From a virus (Duplodnaviria; Caudoviricetes), in IMG/VR virus record IMGVR_UViG_3300030433_002499, positions 1 through 40,811 of that record: a DNA stretch of 40,811 bases; one strand, written 5' to 3'. The notes under the pieces are model-generated. The model saw only the letters and a list, made by a program, of their open reading frames with translations, did not search any database and was not told the DNA's origin. The translations under genes and the position numbers were made by a program. Numbering within the stretch: the first letter of the stretch is position 1; each line of letters opens with the position of its first letter. Shown piece after piece: positions 9,917 through 18,070 of the stretch.

Positions 9917-11311
9917 GTGCCTACCGCAGAGCAGTATGACAAAATCTCCGAAAATGCATCAAGGTTAGCAAACCTCAAAAGAAGAGAAAAGCAGGTGAGA
10001 CAATCTGCAAATGAAGAAGCGGGAGAAGAAGTCTTTAAGCCCGAAGAAGAAAAAATGTTGGCTAAGACTCTCTACTCGGATTTCGTTATGTCCGAGTATG
10101 ATGAAATCAATACTCTATGCGATGTGTTAAAAATTAATGCAAGTGAAGCGAGGAAAAGACTTGAAAAGTTCCCGCCAGAATATACCGTGGAAGAGAAAAA
10201 CATTCCCGACCTCATCAAACAAATGAGAATGTCCCGAAGAAAACTCAAGGGAGAACACCGAGAAGATATGGCAAAGGCCATTGATACGATGATTGATGCA
10301 TACTCCGACCATTTGTTTAAGTGCATTGACTCTATCTATTGGCTTGCTCCTTACAAAGAACCCCTTCTCAAAATGCGTTTCAATGAGAAAGACCTACGCA
10401 AACTACACAAAATGAAGAGTGTAGAAGAACGCCGTGAAGTCGTGGATGCTTTGTGTAAGTATTGGGAAGCAGAGACAGAGCAGAATGGAATGGTCTATGG
10501 GAAGGACTACGCCACCTTAGCAAAGGAAATGAAGTTGGCCAAAAAATCCTTCCGTGAAACAATTGCGAAAGTGAGCAATCAATCTCTCACAAAGTCAAAG
10601 AAAGAACGGCAGAGGGATTTTATTCTCAAGGCTGTTTGTGAGAATCATGGAATTGGTGCAAGGCTCATTCACGACATGATGCCTACCGATTTACATAAGG
10701 CATCCAGCCCAAGAGTTATCACTCAAGAAATTAAAAAATTAGGAATCGTCTCCGTGGATGGTGCGTTCTACAAAATCCCCGATGAAATTAAGAAAAACAT
10801 TTGGGCATACACAGCAGCATTCATTGACTCGGATGGCTATATTACTCTTGACCGTAAGATGAACCCAAGAGTCGGATTAGTGGCTACGGGAGAAAGAGGG
10901 AAGGCATTCATGCAGGAAATGTATAAATCAATTGGGTTTGGTCGTATGCACCTTGACCAAAAATCACCACAGGACACTCGCCTTATCAATCGTCTAAATT
11001 TTTATTCCCAAGACGATGTGGCCAGCCTTTTGACGAAATGCTTACCCCACTTCCGCTTAAAGAAAGGAAACGCACAATTGTTGCTGGAATTAATTCGCAT
11101 GAAGAAATCCTATAAGAAGCAAGACTGGTATAAAAGCCGTTGTGATGAAATTTTCAAATTGATGAAATGGGAGAATCACAAAGACCATGTAGGCTTTGAT
11201 TGGGCAAAAGAAAATATCAACCTTGATGATATTCAAAAATACAAAGACAATTGTAAAATGTCTGTGATGGATTCTATGGAACAGATTGGAGGGATGCAAA
11301 ATGTGGTTTGA
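9917..11311 (+). CDS. Protein with long helical N-terminus and C-terminal LAGLIDADG endonuclease-like domain
   Basis: WAYTAAFIDSDGYI LAGLIDADG motif followed by GFGRM and LLTKCLPHFRLKK; GAGGTGAT RBS with GTG start. Confidence 0.8.
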   Translation: MPTAEQYDKISENASRLANLKRREKQVRQSANEEAGEEVFKPEEEKMLAKTLYSDFVMSEYDEINTLCDVLKINASEARKRLEKFPPEYTVEEKNIPDLIKQMRMSRRKLKGEHREDMAKAIDTMIDAYSDHLFKCIDSIYWLAPYKEPLLKMRFNEKDLRKLHKMKSVEERREVVDALCKYWEAETEQNGMVYGKDYATLAKEMKLAKKSFRETIAKVSNQSLTKSKKERQRDFILKAVCENHGIGARLIHDMMPTDLHKASSPRVITQEIKKLGIVSVDGAFYKIPDEIKKNIWAYTAAFIDSDGYITLDRKMNPRVGLVATGERGKAFMQEMYKSIGFGRMHLDQKSPQDTRLINRLNFYSQDDVASLLTKCLPHFRLKKGNAQLLLELIRMKKSYKKQDWYKSRCDEIFKLMKWENHKDHVGFDWAKENINLDDIQKYKDNCKMSVMDSMEQIGGMQNVV

Positions 11312-12020
11312 TATTCTAAAGGTTAGACAGGAAGGGCCCGAAGCAAAGGAAGGTAAAAAGTTGAGGGAAAGATTTGAGTCCTCCATAAAACCTACGCCCG
11401 AATTTTCTTTTAAAGGGCGTTATACCTATGATGAATTCTACAATCTGTTGGAGAGTGATATTAGAAGCAAATTAGAGCGTTTTATGAAAAAGGGTCAAAA
11501 TTTGCTAACCCGAGAATACCGTTTATTTGTGATGGGTTCTAAGAGAGAGAAAAGAGAATTTGCCAGTTCGGGGAAAATGCCCTCTCCTTTCACTATGGAT
11601 GATATTAAAGATAGAGTTACTATCAAACTCAAGAATGACCCGAAAGGCGACCAGCCCCCTACTTATGATTACATAAATGAAAGAATTGAAATTACACTGC
11701 CTATCACAAAAAGACCAGTGGTTGATGATTCTCAAAAATCTCTTGGTAATGCTTTAGACAAACTGTATAAGAAGTTTGAGAAGAATAATAAAGAAAAACC
11801 AAAAAAATGGTATCAAGAATACAGAAGAACGGGAACGGGCAAAAAAGTAGAAAGTGCTTTTGGAGGTCATGCAGGCACATTTGAAAGACCCGACTTTGAT
11901 GCCGACGACGAAGATATTGAATATTTCAAAGAAGCAATCATGGGCCATGTATTTTCGCATTTATCTAAGGAACAGATAAGAAGCGGCGCAGACCCAAGAG
12001 ATGCTAAATTCAATGGGTGA
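11301..12020 (+). CDS. Hypothetical protein with WxxILK leader
   Basis: ATG 11301 follows GGAGG; starts MWFDILK. Confidence 0.7.
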   Translation: MWFDILKVRQEGPEAKEGKKLRERFESSIKPTPEFSFKGRYTYDEFYNLLESDIRSKLERFMKKGQNLLTREYRLFVMGSKREKREFASSGKMPSPFTMDDIKDRVTIKLKNDPKGDQPPTYDYINERIEITLPITKRPVVDDSQKSLGNALDKLYKKFEKNNKEKPKKWYQEYRRTGTGKKVESAFGGHAGTFERPDFDADDEDIEYFKEAIMGHVFSHLSKEQIRSGADPRDAKFNG

Positions 12021-12024
12021 TATA

Positions 12025-12192
12025 ATGCCTCGCCAACACTACGATATTTTCAAGCATAAGGTAAGAACTAAACTTCCTAAAAAAATTAGATATGCTACTG
12101 TTTGTAGGAAATGCAAAAAGTCTAACACAATCAGCGATTTATGTTTTACCTGTAAGATAGACCAAGCAAAACTTTGGACGAAACCATACTGA
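12025..12192 (+). CDS. Small zinc-ribbon protein
   Basis: GGTGA at 12016-12020 then ATG 12025; CRKC...CFTC. Confidence 0.6.
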   Translation: MPRQHYDIFKHKVRTKLPKKIRYATVCRKCKKSNTISDLCFTCKIDQAKLWTKPY

Positions 12193-12201
12193 GGAATTAC
12201 T

Positions 12202-12651
12202 ATGTCTTGGAAAGAAATACTTAAGATGAGAATTAGCGGAAAATTAAGAAGATATATGGGCTACGCAAATGCTTCTCAACATAACATTCGTGATAGAATG
12301 TCAATGGAAACTTTTGCCGAAAGAGTCCACAGTCGGCTAAGGCAAATTTTGAGCGTTTATGGTGTTGAAAAACCAATTGAAAAAGAAGTGTTTGATGAAA
12401 TTAATCAGATGGATGAAAATGACCCTAATATGCCTTTTGAACTCCCGTTTTCTTATGAAGAATATATGGAAAAATATGGAAATGAAATTCAGAGTAGGGG
12501 AGAAGAAGATGCTAAATTCCTTGACAGTCATATTAGCAGGTCAGAAGAGAGAAGAAAGCGAAGGGCAAGAGAAATGCGAGAAAAGAGAACTCCCGAGTAT
12601 TATCGCCAAACTCTGCCACAGCCCCTAAGAACGAAAGGCGAAGAGGAATGA
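12202..12651 (+). CDS. Hypothetical protein with WxxILK leader
   Basis: GAGG RBS; starts MSWKEILK; 149 aa. Confidence 0.7.
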   Translation: MSWKEILKMRISGKLRRYMGYANASQHNIRDRMSMETFAERVHSRLRQILSVYGVEKPIEKEVFDEINQMDENDPNMPFELPFSYEEYMEKYGNEIQSRGEEDAKFLDSHISRSEERRKRRAREMREKRTPEYYRQTLPQPLRTKGEEE

Positions 12652-12706
12652 AGGGGCATCTTCATAAAGAGGGTTCAGCGTAGGCAAACGAGGGGAGGCG
12701 GTCAGC

Positions 12707-14356
12707 ATGGTTGAAGAGAAACGCCGTTTCAGTTTTTCTAATTTATTTAGAAGAACAACCCCCAAACCAGATGATAGGTCTATCTATAATATAGGTATTC
12801 AAGAAAGGCAACAAAATAACTTAATGACCGCCCCTATCATTTATCACATTGTTCAAAACTCTGTTATCACTAGAACCTGTATTACCCAACTTAAACAGGA
12901 AATTTTCCGAAGGGGTTATGTTTGGGAGAAAGCATACGAAGCAAGATGCAACAATTGTGGTAAAGAACATAAGCGTCCTGTAAAGGAATGTTCTCGTTGT
13001 GAAAGCGAAGATTTGAAAATCCCTGATGTGAACCAATTAAAGTATGCTGAAAAATTTGTTGAAGGATATGTAAATAAAGCAGAGCAATTATTTATTGATG
13101 TTTTAAGAGAATTAGAAGATGACCTTAACATTATGGATGATGCTTACATTGTTCTTGTCAAAGAATATTTTATTGATGGAAACCAGAAAATTAGAATGCA
13201 TCGCATTAAAGAAGTTTATCGTGGCGACCCAGTGACTATGGCTATTTATTCTGATGAATTAGGACAAAGAGGAACTAAAGGTTTTACCTGTGTTAATCAT
13301 AGAAATTTCTTGGCTACTGAGCCACATGAAAATTGCGAGGAATGCGGAAGCACCCTGCACCCTGTTCATTATGTGAACCGTGTCGGAGGCAAAGACCAGT
13401 ATTTCATCAAGGGAGAGGTGCTTCATTTCAGCAAGTATAGCCCTTCCCGACTCTATGGCTTATCGCCTATCATCACCCTCTATAACCACATCACAACTCT
13501 TCTTGCTATGGAGAATTATGTCAATTCATCCTACACAAAGAGCCGTATGCCTCGGGGTTTGTTAGCGGTGCAGACACGCAACATGGATTCAATGCGTTCC
13601 TTTTGGCGTTCCGTCAAAGAAAAAATGGAGACAGACCCTCATTTTATTCCCGTTATGGGCATTGAAGCAGAAGGTGGAAAGGGTTCTGTTGAGTGGATTA
13701 AATTCATGGACAGTCTCAAGGAAATGGACTATGTTTCCGTAAAGGATGATTTGCGGGACAGAATCTCTGCCTTCTATGGCGTAAGCAAAGTGTTCATGGC
13801 TGATAACACTACAAGCGGTGGGCTCAACAATGAAGGTATGCAGATTTTGGTCACGAACAGAGCAGTCCAAATGGCACAAAATGTCTATAACAACTATGTT
13901 TTCCCGTTCTTAACAAAGCAATTTGGAATCACGGATTGGAATTTGAAATTACCCCCAAGCGAAGAAGAAGATGAAATCGCTGTTCTTCGTAAAAGAGAGA
14001 TTGAAGTTAATATTGCAGCATCTACAAAGAATCTTGGCTTTGAAGTGGAAATGGACGAGGATGGAAACTTTACCTTTAAGAAACCCGAACCCCAACCTGA
14101 AGGCGAGCCTTCTCCCGAAACTGGAGAAAAACCAGCAAAGAAAGACCCACTCGCAGGTTCAAATTTAGACCAGCGAGACTTAGATGAACAAGCAAGAAGG
14201 TTTGCAGAAGGCGCAGGTTCAAAACCCCAAGAGAACCCTCCGGCCACAAGGAATAAAAGCAGAATGAGCGTAGGGCCAGATAAGCGAATGGCGGGATTAC
14301 CGCAAGAGGCTGGAAACCAAAATGTTGATACGAGAAATGAAAGGAGGATTCCATGA
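12707..14356 (+). CDS. Portal protein (HK97-like) with zinc-ribbon insertions
   Basis: EVLHFSKYSPSRLYGLSPI, MPRGLLAV and RDRISAFYGVS portal motifs; acidic disordered C-terminal tail; lies between terminase and protease. Confidence 0.9.
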   Translation: MVEEKRRFSFSNLFRRTTPKPDDRSIYNIGIQERQQNNLMTAPIIYHIVQNSVITRTCITQLKQEIFRRGYVWEKAYEARCNNCGKEHKRPVKECSRCESEDLKIPDVNQLKYAEKFVEGYVNKAEQLFIDVLRELEDDLNIMDDAYIVLVKEYFIDGNQKIRMHRIKEVYRGDPVTMAIYSDELGQRGTKGFTCVNHRNFLATEPHENCEECGSTLHPVHYVNRVGGKDQYFIKGEVLHFSKYSPSRLYGLSPIITLYNHITTLLAMENYVNSSYTKSRMPRGLLAVQTRNMDSMRSFWRSVKEKMETDPHFIPVMGIEAEGGKGSVEWIKFMDSLKEMDYVSVKDDLRDRISAFYGVSKVFMADNTTSGGLNNEGMQILVTNRAVQMAQNVYNNYVFPFLTKQFGITDWNLKLPPSEEEDEIAVLRKREIEVNIAASTKNLGFEVEMDEDGNFTFKKPEPQPEGEPSPETGEKPAKKDPLAGSNLDQRDLDEQARRFAEGAGSKPQENPPATRNKSRMSVGPDKRMAGLPQEAGNQNVDTRNERRIP

Positions 14357-14715
14357 TGAATAATTGGGAAGATATTATCAAAGCGGCAAGAGACAGGAAA
14401 GGCAAACTTGGTGGAGGAAAACCAATTCCTGAAAAGGTTAATACAAAGAAGTTTGCAGGAGTTAAAAGACCATCCCAAACCCGAATGAAGGGAGGAAATC
14501 CTGCTGAAGACTTGAAGGTTAAGGATGAGGCTTTAGATGAAAAAGACTTATTTCAATATGAAGAGGAATCAACGCGAGAAGAAAGAGAAAGGTTGGCGGA
14601 AATGACCCGAACAGATTTAATGGATGCTCTTATGGATAAAATTTCAGGTATGTCCACGCAAGAGATTATTGACATTTTGGTTAGAACTAGAGGAGATTTA
14701 GGTGATGCCCTATGA
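14353..14715 (+). CDS. Hypothetical protein with WxxIIK leader
   Basis: ATGA overlap with the portal stop; starts M(M)NNWEDIIKAA. Confidence 0.7.
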   Translation: MMNNWEDIIKAARDRKGKLGGGKPIPEKVNTKKFAGVKRPSQTRMKGGNPAEDLKVKDEALDEKDLFQYEEESTREERERLAEMTRTDLMDALMDKISGMSTQEIIDILVRTRGDLGDAL

Positions 14716-14939
14716 CAGAAGATATGAAACAAAAGGAAATGCGATTACGCAAAGAGTTAGCACAGGTTAAGGCATTAAATCAAAATGCCGCTATGAGCCG
14801 AAGAACGGAAAGAAACTTGGATATTGCAGGTGTTCCTATGGACACAACCCCAAAGCCAGCACCCTCAAGTCGGGATATTCCCGATGTGATTACTCTTCCT
14901 CCAAAGCGAAGAGGACGCAAAGAAAACATTCCGTGGTGA
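14712..14939 (+). CDS. Small hypothetical protein
   Basis: GGTGAT RBS, ATGA overlap, 75 aa. Confidence 0.6.
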   Translation: MTEDMKQKEMRLRKELAQVKALNQNAAMSRRTERNLDIAGVPMDTTPKPAPSSRDIPDVITLPPKRRGRKENIPW

Positions 14940-14943
14940 TACC

Positions 14944-17007
14944 TTGACCTTCCTTCTCCGCAAGGCGGAAAAAGACCTTTTCGGAGATACGGAGCGTCAG
15001 CGTAGGCAACAAAGAGCGAAAGAAGACAAAGAGACTCAAGCGGCAGAAGATTCAAGCCGTGAAATGTATCGTCGCTATCAAGCCCTATTTAGGGACTTTG
15101 ATTTCGCACAAAGAGCATTGGCCCCTCTCAAAGAATTATCCGAAGAGATGAAGATTGAAGAGGATAAAAGCAAGGCTACGGGTTTTGATTTTGAAAACAT
15201 TACTGCCTACAATAAAATTATTGATAAGCGACAGTCTGCTATGGCATACAACATTTTAGCGGCTAGCCTTACGGACATTGACCTCTTAGGAAACTATGAT
15301 TTTACAGAGAAAAATGAGGATGGCGATGTTGTTCTTCCTCCACAGATTCCTCCTGTTCCAAAGAAAACAACACAGGAAAGAGGGGAATTAGAAGAAAGGG
15401 CATATGATTCAGAAAGGGATGCAGAAGCCACCTTAACTACTGATGAAGACTTTTCAATTTTTAGTGAAGGAGATTCTGCTCCTAAAAATATTCGCAGATA
15501 TAAAACTAAAGACAAAGAGCGAAAAATTAAAACCAACCCTGAAATTAACCTTACTCAACTCTTTGAAGAATATAGAGAGTTAGCAACAAAAACCTATGAT
15601 GAATTCCAAGATAGAAAGGGAGAGACTCTTACCTTTGAAAAGGCGTTTCTTTACTTGCATTACAACAGACATGGCTTTTTGCCAGAAAATGCAAAGGATA
15701 GCAAAATTAGAGAGACTGATATTTCAAGAGCAAGAAAACTTGCCAGAAGAAGAAAAAGAGAATCTAAAGCACAAAGAGGTTTGGGGGCCGCATTTCTTAC
15801 ATATCAAAATGAGCCACGAAGAGGGCAAAGAAAGAGCAAAGAAGAAAAAGAGATGGCGGCAACCAAAGCGAGTATTATTGAGCAAAAGGGATTAAATGAT
15901 GCTATTTTAGAATCCTTGACTATAACTGTTGCGGCGATGGATAACAATATTAGAGCACTTGAAGATAAGAAAGGAAATATTAAAGCCCTTGCCAAAGAAG
16001 CCTTTGAAAGAAAACTTCCAGAAATTAAAAGCATTTTTGAATATGAAGGACAATATGAAAATCCATTAGCAGAAATTTTTCCTAATCAACCAAAGACAGT
16101 TTCTCCAGAATTTGTTGCCCCTAAAGAATTAAGAGAAGAGAGGGCAAGGAGAGAGGCTCAAAGAGATATGCAAAGAAGAGTCCAAAGTGGAGACATTGAT
16201 ATTAAAAATCCCACTTCTAAGGGAGAAAAACTCTTAGCAAAGACCAATAAAAAGATTTTAGACCTACTTAATGAAGAAAAAGAGAAACAGAAAGAAGTTA
16301 GAGAAACTCTTAGAGATGCCGCTAGATTTTCTAATGACCTTGAATTGGCATACAAACTCATTCAAAAAGAAAGAAACTATTTGGAATTTACACTTGAAAG
16401 GATTCAAGAAGACATTAGTAATGAAGAAAATGAAGAAGACCAAGACAAAAATGCTCTCAGTCTTCTGAAAGATGTCTTAAAGGTTAGAAAGGATTTTAAT
16501 CAATCTGCTCAAGAATATAGGGAGGGTATGCAAGACCTTGCTTCTAATATTTTACTCTCATCTAAAAAACTCAAGAAATTGAAGCCAAAACTAAAAGGTC
16601 TTTCTACAAATAAGAAAGAATATGAAGGGGTTATTAACGAATTAATTGAAACTGTTATGCTCGGTAGTTTTACTAACTTGGGTCAAAAATACAGAGCAAC
16701 CAAGGTAGAAGAAAAACCTAAATTGGAACTTAACCAAAAAGAAGAAGCAGAAGAAAAGAATAAATTGGTTCTTACTTTAGAAAGAGACGCTAAATTTAAA
16801 CCTCTCATCACAGATAAGGAAGCAAAAGATGTCTTAAAGGACACTGATGATTTTATTAGGCGCGCCTTTAAATTAGAGGATTTAACAGAGGGCCTTGAAA
16901 ATTTAGTGGAAAACCTTGATTCTTTGCTTGAAAAAGAAGATGCTCTCCAAGATAAGTTAGATAAATACTATGACAAAATCGCATCAAGACAGGAGGAAAA
17001 AGAATGA
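14944..17007 (+). CDS. Large coiled-coil, highly charged hypothetical protein
   Basis: 687-aa ORF; GGTGAT then TTG start; E/K-rich. Confidence 0.7.
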   Translation: MTFLLRKAEKDLFGDTERQRRQQRAKEDKETQAAEDSSREMYRRYQALFRDFDFAQRALAPLKELSEEMKIEEDKSKATGFDFENITAYNKIIDKRQSAMAYNILAASLTDIDLLGNYDFTEKNEDGDVVLPPQIPPVPKKTTQERGELEERAYDSERDAEATLTTDEDFSIFSEGDSAPKNIRRYKTKDKERKIKTNPEINLTQLFEEYRELATKTYDEFQDRKGETLTFEKAFLYLHYNRHGFLPENAKDSKIRETDISRARKLARRRKRESKAQRGLGAAFLTYQNEPRRGQRKSKEEKEMAATKASIIEQKGLNDAILESLTITVAAMDNNIRALEDKKGNIKALAKEAFERKLPEIKSIFEYEGQYENPLAEIFPNQPKTVSPEFVAPKELREERARREAQRDMQRRVQSGDIDIKNPTSKGEKLLAKTNKKILDLLNEEKEKQKEVRETLRDAARFSNDLELAYKLIQKERNYLEFTLERIQEDISNEENEEDQDKNALSLLKDVLKVRKDFNQSAQEYREGMQDLASNILLSSKKLKKLKPKLKGLSTNKKEYEGVINELIETVMLGSFTNLGQKYRATKVEEKPKLELNQKEEAEEKNKLVLTLERDAKFKPLITDKEAKDVLKDTDDFIRRAFKLEDLTEGLENLVENLDSLLEKEDALQDKLDKYYDKIASRQEEKE

Positions 17008-17363
17008 CATGGGATTACTATAACCAAGGCGTGGACTTTACTATTGAAAAGAAGGTCGCACCCCCTAAGAAAATTCTTGATTCGCTGGATGCAAAGCAAA
17101 AGAAACGGCTCAAGAAAACCCTTCAAGCCGCAGAACCCACAGAGTTTTTCGGCCAAGACTTCACCAAATTAGGGGAATTGATTGAGACACTGCGCGAACT
17201 TGACCTTACCAAGTCCGACAAAAAACTGAGCAAGAAAATGAAATCTATGGATGAGCGCAACATTGATATTGTGGCCACCGCTACGAAACTCCGTAAGGAG
17301 TATGAACTTCTTTACCGACAACTTCGTGATTTAGTTTATCCACAGAAAAAGAGAGATGATTGA
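17004..17363 (+). CDS. Hypothetical helical protein in the head module
   Basis: GGAGG RBS, ATGA overlap, 119 aa. Confidence 0.7.
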   Translation: MTWDYYNQGVDFTIEKKVAPPKKILDSLDAKQKKRLKKTLQAAEPTEFFGQDFTKLGELIETLRELDLTKSDKKLSKKMKSMDERNIDIVATATKLRKEYELLYRQLRDLVYPQKKRDD

Positions 17364-17607
17364 TATGTCAGATGAAAACACAATTAACCAAGAAATGCTT
17401 GAAATTATTAAGGCTCTTTCTGCAAAGATTGAAACTCTTGAACGAGCAGTGTATAACAAAGATAACCTTTTGATGAAGTCTGGCTTTGTTGTTGCTGAAA
17501 CCCCTACCCCTATGATTGACAGTTTAGGTGCTTCTGCTGGAGTCAATGTTGATTCAATGGAATGGTCGGACATCCATAAAATGGTTGAAAGGGCTGGTGG
17601 ACAATGA
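17356..17607 (+). CDS. Small coiled-coil protein sharing a C-terminal motif with the scaffold
   Basis: N-terminal coiled coil; C-terminal MEWSDIHKM matches MDWNQIHKM of the protease/scaffold. Confidence 0.7.
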   Translation: MIDMSDENTINQEMLEIIKALSAKIETLERAVYNKDNLLMKSGFVVAETPTPMIDSLGASAGVNVDSMEWSDIHKMVERAGGQ

Positions 17608-17816
17608 GTGAAGTCCTAAAGCAAAAATTAGCCCAAGTGCAGAGATGCCAAGCAAGGTATTGTCGCTGGAATAAGAAAAACCAATGCACTAAAATTTTTA
17701 TTACTGTTAATGATGAAGGGGCTTGCCAACAATATGAGTTCGGTGAAACCTTTCTTCCAATTGGTCAAGATAAAGATGTAGGAGACTTTTCTTATTTAAG
17801 CGCAACGGATGTGTAA
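17604..17816 (+). CDS. Small Cys-rich protein (DUF1540-like pattern)
   Basis: C-x4-C-x2-N-x4-C-x4-I-x-V...C-x2-Y pattern. Confidence 0.55.
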   Translation: MSEVLKQKLAQVQRCQARYCRWNKKNQCTKIFITVNDEGACQQYEFGETFLPIGQDKDVGDFSYLSATDV

Positions 17817-17818
17817 TT

Positions 17819-18061
17819 ATGCCAGAAAGAGTAAGTAGAGAAGAAAGAGTCATTTCAATGACTATTGAGAAAGCAAGAAAGGTTAAGGAATTACTTCGTG
17901 AATCAATGGAAGGAAACCGCCTACCCGATGAAAAGGACGACAGAATGGAAAAAGTCAAGGTAAAGCGACCAAAGGCTGAGAAGGATAAAACCAAAATTGA
18001 AAACCAAAGTGGGACTCATTCGGGATATGGTTTGGCTGGTGAAACTACCGAGTTTAAATGA
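17819..18061 (+). CDS. Small charged hypothetical protein
   Basis: 80-aa ORF filling the gap between neighbouring genes. Confidence 0.6.
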   Translation: MPERVSREERVISMTIEKARKVKELLRESMEGNRLPDEKDDRMEKVKVKRPKAEKDKTKIENQSGTHSGYGLAGETTEFK

Positions 18062-18070
18062 GGCGATTAA

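Noticed and set aside
9917-11311. LAGLIDADG domain as an intein or intron in the terminase
   Set aside because: The terminase ORF is complete before it, and no intein N-terminal Cys block or C-terminal His-Asn block is evident
12675-15009. 13-nt repeat TCAGCGTAGGCAA at 12675-12687 and 14997-15009
   Set aside because: Several 13-mer matches are expected by chance in 40 kb, and the two contexts are unrelated
12025-17816. MPRQHYDIFK (12025), MTWDYY (17004) and MSEVLK (17604) as additional leaders
   Set aside because: These are only partial matches lacking the Trp or the ILK, so they were not counted
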